64,000 nt of DNA, taken from Rhodospirillales bacterium (GTDB taxonomy: Bacteria; Pseudomonadota; Alphaproteobacteria; Micavibrionales; Micavibrionaceae). Location: assembly GCA_020638175.1 (NCBI GenBank), contig JACKJA010000002.1, forward strand, positions 1,478,522 to 1,542,521, given 5' to 3'. A program made the position numbers and the translations under genes. Each line of letters opens with the position of its first letter. Within the stretch, counting starts at the first letter, position 1. Shown here piece after piece: positions 52,640-61,140 of the stretch. A model generated the notes under the pieces. That model saw only the letters and a list, made by a program, of their open reading frames with translations. It was not told the origin of the DNA and made no database searches.

Positions 52640-55600
52640 TTACAGCTCCCGCACCTCTTTCACGCCCTCCTCGCGGATCAGGGCGTTGCGGGTATCGGGC
52701 GAAAAACCCCATCGCCCCGGCAAGGTCAGTTCCGCGATCAGCCCCGGCTTGGCTTCGGTGTAAATTTTAACTTGTACGCGCCCACCGCCGTCGGCCTCCA
52801 GAAGCTGCTTCATCATCCCCACCGGCCGCGGATCGGCCAGTGTAATCTGCACTTCCTTGACCTTCCCGGCCAGAGCCTCATCCAGCGGCTGAATTGTCTG
52901 CACGGTATAGCGGAGCTGCTCCTCACGCTGCTCGACCACAGCCTTGAGCAATAGCCCTTCCCCCGGCTCCAGCATATCCTTGACCCGCGCCAGCGTTTCC
53001 GAAAACAGAGTCACTTCATAAACGCCGGTTGAATCGGAAAGCTGCAGAAAAGCGAATTTATTCCCTTTTGCCGAAACCTTAACCTGCTTTTTGAGCAAAA
53101 CTCCCGCCATCTCGATCAGCGCACTGCTCCGGTGGGCCAACTTTTCTTCTACCCGCGCCATCGGCACAATGCCCATGCCTTCCAGTTGCCCGGCTTTCGT
53201 ATCCAGCGGATGCGCCGACAGGTAAAATCCGACCGCGTCAAATTCCTTCTTGAGCCGCTCCAGCGGATCCCAGTCCCGCACATCCGACAACGCCGGCATC
53301 GCCAGAGCTTCTCCCTCGGCATCACCGCCAAACAAACTGTTCTGGCCGCTCTCCCGTTCTTCGCGCTGGTTCTGGGCATAGCGCAAAAGTGCTTCGGCAT
53401 AATCATGGACCTGCGCCCGGTTAGAGTTCAGACACTCAAACGCCCCGGCACTGGCAAGCTGCTCCATCTGGCGCCGGTTGAGCGTCCCCGCATCCAGCCG
53501 GTTGGCAAAATCCTGTAAATCCTTGTAAGGACCGTTCTTGTCCCGCTCGGCAACAAGTACTTCCATCGCATGCTCGCCCACCCCCTTGAGGGCCGCCAGC
53601 GCATAACGCACCGCCCCGTCTTCCACCTTGAACTCCGGCAGGGACCGGTTAACATCGGGCAGCAAAAGTGCAATGCCCGAACGATCCAGATCCTGCTTAA
53701 ATACGGCCAGCTTGTCGGTATTCCCCAGATCCAGAGTCATCGAAGCCGCCATAAACTCAACTGGGTAGTTCGCCTTCAGCCAGCCCGTCCAGTACGCAAT
53801 AACCGCATAGGCCGCCGCGTGTGATTTGTTAAACCCGTACCCGGCAAATTTGGCGATCTGGTCAAAAATCGCGTTCGCCTGCTCGGCGGGGATATCGTTG
53901 TGCTTGGCACAGCCCTTCACGAACATGTCGCGCTGGGCGTCCATCTCCTCCTTGATCTTTTTCCCCATCGCCCGCCGCAGGAGGTCAGCGCCGCCCAGCG
54001 TATAGCCGGCCAGAAGCTGCGCCGCCTGCATGACCTGCTCCTGATAGATCATGATCCCGTAGGTTTCTTCCAAAATCGGCTGCAGCTTCGGATGCATGTA
54101 ATCCGGTTCTTCCTTGCCGTCCTTGATGTCAATATAGCGTGGAATATTGTCCATCGGACCAGGCCGGTACAAAGCGACGAGAGCGATAATATCTTCCAGC
54201 CGGTCCGGCTTCATCTTACGCAGGACATCGCGCATCCCGGCACTTTCCAGCTGGAACACCCCGACCGTCTGGCCGCTGGTCAAAAGCTCATAGGTTTTCT
54301 GGTCATCAAACGGGATTTCAAGGTGATCGATTTTCTTGCCATGAACTTGTTCAACCAGATCCAGCGCCTTTTTAATCACCGTCATGGTTTTCAGGCCGAG
54401 AAAGTCGAATTTGACCAGACCGGATTGCTCCACGAATTTCATATTGAACTGTGTCACCGGCATGTCGGAACGCGGATCGCGATACAGCGCCAGCAGCTTG
54501 TGCAGCTCTCGGTCGCCAATCACCAGCCCCGCCGCGTGGGTCGATGCATGGCGGTAGAGTCCTTCAAGCTGCAAGGCAATCGTAATCAGCTTATCAGTGG
54601 TCTCATCCCGCATCCGCTCGTTGGCCAGATCCGGCTCCTGTTCCAGAGCCTCAGCCAGTGAAATCGGGTTGGCCGGGTTTGCAGGGATCAGCTTGGCAAT
54701 CCGGTCGACCTGCCCGTACGGCATTTGCAGCACCCGCCCGACATCACGCACCACGGCCCGCGCCTGCAATTTACCGAACGTAATAATCTGCGCGACGTTA
54801 TCGTGGCCATATTTATCCTGTACGTAATGAATGACCTCATCCCGGCGTGTCTGGCAAAAATCGACGTCGAAGTCCGGCATCGACACCCGCTCCGGATTCA
54901 AAAACCGCTCGAACAGCAAACCGAACTCCAGCGGATCAAGGTCAGTAATCTGCAAGGCCCAGGCCACAACGGAACCGGCCCCCGACCCCCGGCCCGGTCC
55001 GACCGGAATATCATGCTCCTTCGACCATTTGATAAAATCCGAACAGATCAGAAAATAACCGGGAAACCCCATTCCCTCGATCACGCCGAGTTCATAATTC
55101 AGCCGCTCAAAATAAGGGCTGGCGATTTCTTTCTTTTTCGCCTCGTCAGCGTCCTCAGGAAATACAAATCTCTCCAGCCGCCACTGCAGACCATCTTGTG
55201 CCTGCTTGCGCAATTCTTCCGCCTCGTTACGTCCCTCTCCCGTATCAAACGGCGGCAGCAACGGGTCAATCGGTTTCAAAAGATACGAACAGCGCTGCGC
55301 AATAATAACTGTATTATCAACAGCCTCCGGAACATCTTTAAACAAATCCCTCATCGCCAGAGCATTCTTAAAATAATGCTCTGGCGTCACCTTCCGACGA
55401 TCAGATTCGGTGACATAGCGCCCTTCCGCGATACAAAGCAGCGCATCATGCGCTTCATGCATTTTCTTGGTCGGGAAATAACAATCATTTGTCGCCACCA
55501 GCGGAATATCATGCTTATAGGCCAGATCAATCAGCGCACCTTCAATCCGGTCTTCCTCCGGCCAGCCATGACGTTGCAGCTCGATATAAAGCCGATCGCC

Positions 55601-56080
55601 AAATATTTTCTTGAGGCGCTTGAGCGCCGCTTCCGCTTCTTTTGTCTGGTTATGCAGAAGATACTGGTCGACAGGCCCCTTCAAACCGCCGCTCAGGCAA
55701 ATCAGGCCCTCCGTATGCGCATCCAGTGTCTCCCAGTCGATATGCGGTTTTTCCGTCCCTTCGGTTTCAAGGAAAGACACGCTGACAAGCTTGCAAAGAT
55801 TGCGATACCCCTGCTCGCTCTGGACCAGCAACACCAGCTGATGCCCCTCCAGCCCCAAGGCAATCTGCGCCCCCAAAACAGGCTGCACCCCGGCCTTGGC
55901 GGCGTAAGTGGCAAACTCCATCGCCCCGAACAGGTTGCCGGTATCGGTAATCGCCACAGCCGGCATATTGTATTTCTGACAAAGCCCCAACAGGTCCTTG
56001 ACCGTGATCGCGCCTTCCGCCAGAGAATAGGCAGAGTGCAGGTGTAGATGCACAAAATTGTCTTTCACAGAATCGGGCAT
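52640..56080 (-). CDS. dnaE: DNA polymerase III alpha subunit
   Basis: 1146 aa with an N-terminal PHP domain (FVHLHLHSAYSLAEGA), the palm motif (PDFDVDF) and an OB-fold near the C-terminus. Confidence 0.97.
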   Translation of the reverse strand: MPDSVKDNFVHLHLHSAYSLAEGAITVKDLLGLCQKYNMPAVAITDTGNLFGAMEFATYAAKAGVQPVLGAQIALGLEGHQLVLLVQSEQGYRNLCKLVSVSFLETEGTEKPHIDWETLDAHTEGLICLSGGLKGPVDQYLLHNQTKEAEAALKRLKKIFGDRLYIELQRHGWPEEDRIEGALIDLAYKHDIPLVATNDCYFPTKKMHEAHDALLCIAEGRYVTESDRRKVTPEHYFKNALAMRDLFKDVPEAVDNTVIIAQRCSYLLKPIDPLLPPFDTGEGRNEAEELRKQAQDGLQWRLERFVFPEDADEAKKKEIASPYFERLNYELGVIEGMGFPGYFLICSDFIKWSKEHDIPVGPGRGSGAGSVVAWALQITDLDPLEFGLLFERFLNPERVSMPDFDVDFCQTRRDEVIHYVQDKYGHDNVAQIITFGKLQARAVVRDVGRVLQMPYGQVDRIAKLIPANPANPISLAEALEQEPDLANERMRDETTDKLITIALQLEGLYRHASTHAAGLVIGDRELHKLLALYRDPRSDMPVTQFNMKFVEQSGLVKFDFLGLKTMTVIKKALDLVEQVHGKKIDHLEIPFDDQKTYELLTSGQTVGVFQLESAGMRDVLRKMKPDRLEDIIALVALYRPGPMDNIPRYIDIKDGKEEPDYMHPKLQPILEETYGIMIYQEQVMQAAQLLAGYTLGGADLLRRAMGKKIKEEMDAQRDMFVKGCAKHNDIPAEQANAIFDQIAKFAGYGFNKSHAAAYAVIAYWTGWLKANYPVEFMAASMTLDLGNTDKLAVFKQDLDRSGIALLLPDVNRSLPEFKVEDGAVRYALAALKGVGEHAMEVLVAERDKNGPYKDLQDFANRLDAGTLNRRQMEQLASAGAFECLNSNRAQVHDYAEALLRYAQNQREERESGQNSLFGGDAEGEALAMPALSDVRDWDPLERLKKEFDAVGFYLSAHPLDTKAGQLEGMGIVPMARVEEKLAHRSSALIEMAGVLLKKQVKVSAKGNKFAFLQLSDSTGVYEVTLFSETLARVKDMLEPGEGLLLKAVVEQREEQLRYTVQTIQPLDEALAGKVKEVQITLADPRPVGMMKQLLEADGGGRVQVKIYTEAKPGLIAELTLPGRWGFSPDTRNALIREEGVKEVREL

Positions 56081-56137
56081 AGTTTTAGTTTTAAGGATAG
56101 CGCTTGCTTTCCTCCAGTCTTTTTTTATAACAATCCC

Positions 56138-56938
56138 ATGAGCAAAATCGATTTACCGCCCATTTTCGTCATCAATATGGCCAAAGACACCGACCGCAGG
56201 GACGGCATAAACGCCCGTGCACAAAATGTTGCTGTGGAATTGACCTTTATCGAGGCCATCAATGGCCGAGAAATGAGCGATACGGATATCGCCGCCGTTT
56301 ATGACAGCGCCAAACGCAAACGTTATTTTGGCCGCGATATGACCAAGGGAGAAATCGGCTGCCTGCTCTCTCACCGGAATATCTTTGAAAAGATGGTGAA
56401 AGAGGACATCCCGCTGGCCGTCATCCTTGAAGACGACGTAATTTTCGAACCCGATTTTAAAGACGCGCTAACGGCTCTCGCACAATCGTCACGCAAATGG
56501 GATGTCATCCGCTTCCTCGGCAGTGAGAAAATCTACAAACGCGGCTGCCGTAAAATCGCGCCGCTCGGCAATACCCGCTATCAATATGCCCGCCTGCCGA
56601 CCGCCCCCGGCGGCGCCCACGGCTACCTGCTGACCCGGAATGCCGCTGAAATAATGCTGAAGCATATGCAGCGTAACTGGATCCCGATCGACACGCTACA
56701 GGGCCGCACATGGGAAACAGGATTAGAAACGCTGGTGCTCTACCCGGCCCCACTCTTTCCGGACCCCGCCGCCGCAACCACGATTGGCAATGATGAGCGC
56801 TTTGATAAAACGGTCAAACTGACGGGCTTGCCGCGCCTGTTCTATCCCCTGACCCGTGCCTGGTACAAGCTGGAAGACACCATCGGTAAGAAGAGAATCT
56901 ATTGGGGCAGCTACCTTAGAGATAAAAAAACGGCCTAA
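56138..56938 (+). CDS. Glycosyltransferase family 25 (LPS/LOS biosynthesis type)
   Basis: IFVINMAKDTDRR, GEIGCLLSHRNIF and ILEDDV are typical of GT25. The Met at 56138 is preferred over the ORF-track start at 56048, which overlaps dnaE. Confidence 0.8.
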   Translation: MSKIDLPPIFVINMAKDTDRRDGINARAQNVAVELTFIEAINGREMSDTDIAAVYDSAKRKRYFGRDMTKGEIGCLLSHRNIFEKMVKEDIPLAVILEDDVIFEPDFKDALTALAQSSRKWDVIRFLGSEKIYKRGCRKIAPLGNTRYQYARLPTAPGGAHGYLLTRNAAEIMLKHMQRNWIPIDTLQGRTWETGLETLVLYPAPLFPDPAAATTIGNDERFDKTVKLTGLPRLFYPLTRAWYKLEDTIGKKRIYWGSYLRDKKTA

Positions 56939-57612
56939 ATCTCGCGAACCTTGCCTTGACCGAGCTCAAGGACACGGTCCATTCGGTCGGCAAGGTCCAT
57001 ATTATGCGTGGCGATCAACGCCCCGATCCCGGTATTACGCACCAGCTCGATCAGGATATCGAACACCCCATCCGCCGTATCCGGGTCGAGATTCCCGGTC
57101 GGCTCATCCGCCAGCAGTAATTTAGGCTCGTTGGCCAGCGCCCGCGCAATCGCCACACGCTGGCACTCTCCACCCGACAGTCGCGCCGGACGGTGCTCCA
57201 ACCGGTGGGAAAGCCCCAAAGCCCCCAGTAATTGAGAACCGCGCTCTTTGGCATCTTTCTTTTTACGCCCGGCAATCATCTGCGGCAGGATCACATTTTC
57301 CAGCGCCGTAAATTCGGGCTGCAAATAATGGAACTGGTACACAAAGCCCATAAAATCACGGCGCATGGCGGTGCGGGCGCTATCATTCATATGACTGGCA
57401 TCCTGACCGCCGACAATAATTTTTCCGGCGCTCGGCGTATCCAGCAGCCCGATCTGCTGCAGCAAAGTCGATTTCCCCGCCCCGCTCGGCCCGACCAGCG
57501 CGACCATTTCACCCTTTTCGATCGCCATATCCAGTCCCTTCAGGACCGTCAGGCTTTCGCCGCCCTGATAGAACGTTTTTTCCAACCCCTGCACGTCCAG
57601 TAACTTACTCAT
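56935..57612 (-). CDS. lolD: Lipoprotein-releasing system ATP-binding protein LolD
   Basis: Has Walker A (GPSGAGKST), the signature (LSGGECQRVAIARAL) and Walker B (LLLADEPTGNLD). It overlaps lolE by 8 nt. Confidence 0.88.
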   Translation of the reverse strand: MSKLLDVQGLEKTFYQGGESLTVLKGLDMAIEKGEMVALVGPSGAGKSTLLQQIGLLDTPSAGKIIVGGQDASHMNDSARTAMRRDFMGFVYQFHYLQPEFTALENVILPQMIAGRKKKDAKERGSQLLGALGLSHRLEHRPARLSGGECQRVAIARALANEPKLLLADEPTGNLDPDTADGVFDILIELVRNTGIGALIATHNMDLADRMDRVLELGQGKVREI

Positions 57613-58858
57613 AACGCAGCGCCTCCACAGGATCGAGCCGCGCCGCCCGCCACGCCGGATATAACGTCGCCAGAATAGACAGCGTAAACGCCATCACGAC
57701 GACCAAAGCCACTTCGTGCCATTCAATTTCCGCCGGCAATTGTGAGAGGAAATAAATCTCGGCCGAGAACAAGTCCACCCCGGTCAGCCCCTGCAACCAT
57801 TGCCGGATGGCCTCGATATTCAGGGCAAAAGCAATCCCGGCCACAGCCCCGACAAAGGTCCCGGCAAAACCGATACTCGCCCCGGTCAGCATAAAGATTT
57901 TCATCATCGAGCGCCGCGGCGCCCCCATCGTTCGCATAATGGCAATATCGCGGCCCTTGTCCTTGACCAGCATAATCATGGAGGAAATGATGTTGAACGC
58001 CGCCACGATAATAATCAGCGTCAGGATCAGGAACATGACATTGCGCTCAACCTGCAGCGCATTGAAAAAGCTGTTATTCATATCCCGCCAGTCATAAACC
58101 CCGGCGCGCCCTTCAACGATCAGCGATATGCGCCGCCGCACATCTTCCAGCTTCATCGGGTCCTTGGTCATAATTTCCAAAGAGCTAACCGCTTCAGGCA
58201 ACTGGAAAAATACCTGCGCGGCCTCCAGCGGCATAAAGACAAAACCGCTGTTATATTCATACATTCCGACATCGAAAATCGCGCCAATCTGGTAACTACG
58301 CGACCGGGGCATCGTCCCGAAAGGCCCGGATTTCCCCTTGGGCGCAATCAGCGTCACCTTATCCCCCAGCGTCAAATGATATTTATCGGCCATAACCTTG
58401 CCGATCGCCACGACATTACCGGTGAACGTGCTTTTGTCACCGACAATAATCCCGTCAGACAAGATCGGCTTGCGGGCAAAATCCTCCGGGGCAATCCCGC
58501 GCACCATCACACCATTCGCCGCGCCATGAACCGACAGCAAAGCCTGGGTTTCAATCACCGGCATCACAGATGTCACCCCGTCAACCTCGGCCAGTTTCAT
58601 ACTCAGGACGTTATAATCATAAAGCGGCCCGCTGCGCGTATAGACGTTCATATGCCCGTTCAGTCCCAAAATACGGCCAACCAGCTCCGCCCGGAAACCG
58701 TTCATCACCGACATGACGATAATCAGTGTCGCCACGCCCAGCATGATGCCCATAAAAGAAAAACCGGCGATCACGGACACAAAGCCTTCGGCTTTCCGCG
58801 CTCGCAGATACCGCCCGGCCACCATTCTTTCAAAAGGGGAAAACATATGAACAATCAC
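57605..58858 (-). CDS. lolE: Lipoprotein-releasing system permease LolC/LolE family
   Basis: 417 aa with MacB/FtsX-type topology: TM1, a large periplasmic domain, then three C-terminal TM helices. The N-terminus is FERMVAGRYLRAR. Confidence 0.85.
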   Translation of the reverse strand: MIVHMFSPFERMVAGRYLRARKAEGFVSVIAGFSFMGIMLGVATLIIVMSVMNGFRAELVGRILGLNGHMNVYTRSGPLYDYNVLSMKLAEVDGVTSVMPVIETQALLSVHGAANGVMVRGIAPEDFARKPILSDGIIVGDKSTFTGNVVAIGKVMADKYHLTLGDKVTLIAPKGKSGPFGTMPRSRSYQIGAIFDVGMYEYNSGFVFMPLEAAQVFFQLPEAVSSLEIMTKDPMKLEDVRRRISLIVEGRAGVYDWRDMNNSFFNALQVERNVMFLILTLIIIVAAFNIISSMIMLVKDKGRDIAIMRTMGAPRRSMMKIFMLTGASIGFAGTFVGAVAGIAFALNIEAIRQWLQGLTGVDLFSAEIYFLSQLPAEIEWHEVALVVVMAFTLSILATLYPAWRAARLDPVEALRYE

Positions 58859-58871
58859 TCGTCAGGCAGGA

Positions 58872-59063
58872 TTAATGACAGCCGCCGCCACAGCAAGACC
58901 CTTCGTCTTCATCTACGCACGCTTCTTTAGACTCGTCCTTGCAACAGCCGCCGTTATCACCGCAGCCACAACCTTTTTTCTCCAACAGCTTTTCCAGCAA
59001 TTCATTTTGCTGCATCAGCAACTGGATGATTTCCTCGGCTTTGTTTTGCAAAGTATTTTCCAT
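58872..59063 (-). CDS. Cys-rich 63-aa protein with an amphipathic helical N-terminus and an acidic 8-Cys C-terminal tail; function unknown
   Basis: MENTLQNKAEEIIQLLMQQNELLEKLLEKKGCGCGDNGGCCKDESKEACVDEDEGSCCGGGCH. A strong SD (AAGGAG) lies 7 nt upstream of the ATG and overlaps the proS TAA stop (TAAGGAG). The stop is 13 nt before the lolE start. Confidence 0.65.
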   Translation of the reverse strand: MENTLQNKAEEIIQLLMQQNELLEKLLEKKGCGCGDNGGCCKDESKEACVDEDEGSCCGGGCH

Positions 59064-59074
59064 TCTATTTCTCC

Positions 59075-60553
59075 TTAATAAGCTTTTCCGATATAAACTT
59101 TTTCACCCTTGTCCGCAAAGGGCATACAACGCGGGGTCAGGGAAAACTCCTTGGCAAGGGTTTCAAATGCGCCGCCCTGGATCAATTTAGTATCAATCCG
59201 GACAAAACCAATCTTCCCGGCACCAAAAAACGCCTTGATCTCGTCGAGCGACGATACGTCCTCAATATGATTATCACGGAAAGACCGCGCCCGGCCCAGC
59301 AATTCATCGTGAATAGCATCCAGCAAAACACCCACTTTGCCGGTAAACTCATCCAGACCGCAGGTTTCCTTGGACTCGCGGCCCAGATCACGGCGTACGT
59401 GCGTAACCTGCCCGGCTTCCATTTCACGCTGGCCAACCTCGACGCGCAGCGGCACGCCTTTTTTGATGGCTTCCCACATCTTGTCGGGTGTCCGCATGTC
59501 GCGGTCATCCAGCTTGACACGAACACCTTGTGCTTTCAATTGCGCCGCCAGGTTTTGACAATACTCATGAATGGCCGTTACATCGCTGTCATCGCGGGCG
59601 ACGGGAATAATCACAACCTGATACGGGGCCACGCGCGGCGGCATAATCATCCCGTCGTCATCACCGTGCGTCATAATCATTCCGCCGATCAGGCGCGTCG
59701 AAATACCCCATGACGTTGTGTAAGCAAATTGCTCCTGCCCTTCACGTCCCTGAAATTTGATACCGCAGGATTTGGAAAAATTCTGTCCCAGATCATGCGA
59801 CGTCCCGGCCTGCAGCGCTTTACCGTCCTGCATCATGCCCTCGATGGCAAACGTCGCATCGGCGCCGGGAAAACGTTCATCCTCGGTTTTCTCCCCCGTC
59901 AACACCGGCAAAGCCAGATACTCTTCAGCAAACACCCGGTAAACTTCCAGCATCTTCAGCGCATCTTCGCGCGCCTCTTCCGCCGTTTCAAAGGCGTTAT
60001 GCCCTTCCTGCCAGAGAAATTCAGATGTCCGCAGGAACATCCGCGTCCGCATTTCCCAGCGCACGACGTTCGCCCACTGGTTCAGCTTGAGCGGCAGATC
60101 ACGGTAAGACTGCACCCAGCGCGCCATGGCATCACCGATAATCGTCTCGGACGTTGGACGCACGATCAACGGTTCGTCCAGCTCCGCTCCTGGCGCAGGC
60201 CGCAAACCGCTGCCATCCGGATTGGCTTCCAGCCGGTGATGCGTCACAACTGCGCATTCCTTGGCAAAACCTTCGACATGCTCGGCCTCACGGCTCAGGA
60301 AACTCAGCGGAATAAACAGGGGAAAATAGGCGTTCTCCACCCCGGCATCCTTAATCATGCCATCAAAAATACGCTGCATATTTTCCCACACGGCATAGCC
60401 ATAGGGTTTGATAATCATGCAGCCGCGCACCGGCGAATTTTCCGCCATATCGGCCGCCTTGATGACCTGCTGGTACCATTCAGGAAAATTTTCTTCCCGC
60501 GTCGGCGTAATTGCTGTCCGTGTATTCTTTTTTTGTTGTGCCTGTGCGTTCAT
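59075..60553 (-). CDS. proS: Prolyl-tRNA synthetase, archaeal/eukaryote-like architecture (no INS editing domain, C-terminal Tyr)
   Basis: 492 aa. FPEWYQQVIKAADMAENSPVRGCMIIKPYGYAVWENMQ resembles the Thermus/archaeal type. The class II motifs are present and the protein ends ...IGKAY. Confidence 0.9.
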   Translation of the reverse strand: MNAQAQQKKNTRTAITPTREENFPEWYQQVIKAADMAENSPVRGCMIIKPYGYAVWENMQRIFDGMIKDAGVENAYFPLFIPLSFLSREAEHVEGFAKECAVVTHHRLEANPDGSGLRPAPGAELDEPLIVRPTSETIIGDAMARWVQSYRDLPLKLNQWANVVRWEMRTRMFLRTSEFLWQEGHNAFETAEEAREDALKMLEVYRVFAEEYLALPVLTGEKTEDERFPGADATFAIEGMMQDGKALQAGTSHDLGQNFSKSCGIKFQGREGQEQFAYTTSWGISTRLIGGMIMTHGDDDGMIMPPRVAPYQVVIIPVARDDSDVTAIHEYCQNLAAQLKAQGVRVKLDDRDMRTPDKMWEAIKKGVPLRVEVGQREMEAGQVTHVRRDLGRESKETCGLDEFTGKVGVLLDAIHDELLGRARSFRDNHIEDVSSLDEIKAFFGAGKIGFVRIDTKLIQGGAFETLAKEFSLTPRCMPFADKGEKVYIGKAY

Positions 60554-60565
60554 GTTCTAATTATA

Positions 60566-60634
60566 TCCTACTCTTTGTCATTCTGAGCGAAGCGAAGAAT
60601 CTTTTACTGACGACTTTAGATCCTTCGCTACGCT
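60566..60634. repeat. 69-bp palindromic REP-like element, best-preserved copy
   Basis: TGTCATTCTGAGCGAAGCGAAGAATC, a 17-nt loop, then GATCCTTCGCTACGCTCAGGATGACA. The 26-nt arms are complementary with 3 mismatches. It lies between the 60661 gene stop and the proS start. Confidence 0.75.
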
Positions 60635-60660
60635 CAGGATGACAGTTCTAAAATCAAAAC

Positions 60661-61134
60661 CTAATGTCCTTCACCCCAGATTAATTCACCTTCATCTTTG
60701 ACGACAGGCGCCAAACGCAAGGGCGGCTCTTGGGCCGCCTCAGGCTGCGGAACAGGTTCGGGCTTTTTCATCCCGCACATCGTCAATGCCGCATCCGTCA
60801 GATTCTGCCCATTAAACACAACTGTACCGTCGCGGTAAATCTCTATCATACCGAAATGCGCATTTAGTTCCGTCCCGGCAGGCAGCGAAGGCTGCAACCC
60901 CTGCGCCAAATCAACACTCAGCGGTATCCGCACAACATCAGGCACAATCACCGGCGCCGCCGCCAGATCCGCAGGCGTCACCGCATTTCCATGCACATCG
61001 ACACCGGGCTGGTAAATGACACTCTTTTCCGGTTCATGACGCGCCAGAAGCTTGCAAACAGCCTCCGGGTTTTGCGCGAATGATTTGCTCGGAATCGTAA
61101 TTAAAAACAATAAGATGAAAAGTTTTCTTAGCAT
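60661..61134 (-). CDS. Secreted hypothetical protein
   Basis: 157 aa with a signal peptide (MLRKLFILLFLITIPSKSFAQ) and a Pro-rich C-terminal part. I recognise no family. Confidence 0.6.
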   Translation of the reverse strand: MLRKLFILLFLITIPSKSFAQNPEAVCKLLARHEPEKSVIYQPGVDVHGNAVTPADLAAAPVIVPDVVRIPLSVDLAQGLQPSLPAGTELNAHFGMIEIYRDGTVVFNGQNLTDAALTMCGMKKPEPVPQPEAAQEPPLRLAPVVKDEGELIWGEGH

Positions 61135-61140
61135 TTGAAT

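Noticed and set aside
57605-59063. The idea that the Cys-rich peptide is a RiPP or bacteriocin precursor exported by the adjacent MacB-type ABC transporter.
   Set aside because: The transporter genes have the standard LolD/LolE features and the proS-lolE-lolD-dnaE synteny common in Alphaproteobacteria. No modification enzyme, protease or immunity gene is nearby. The hypothesis is kept only as a remote possibility within the finding.
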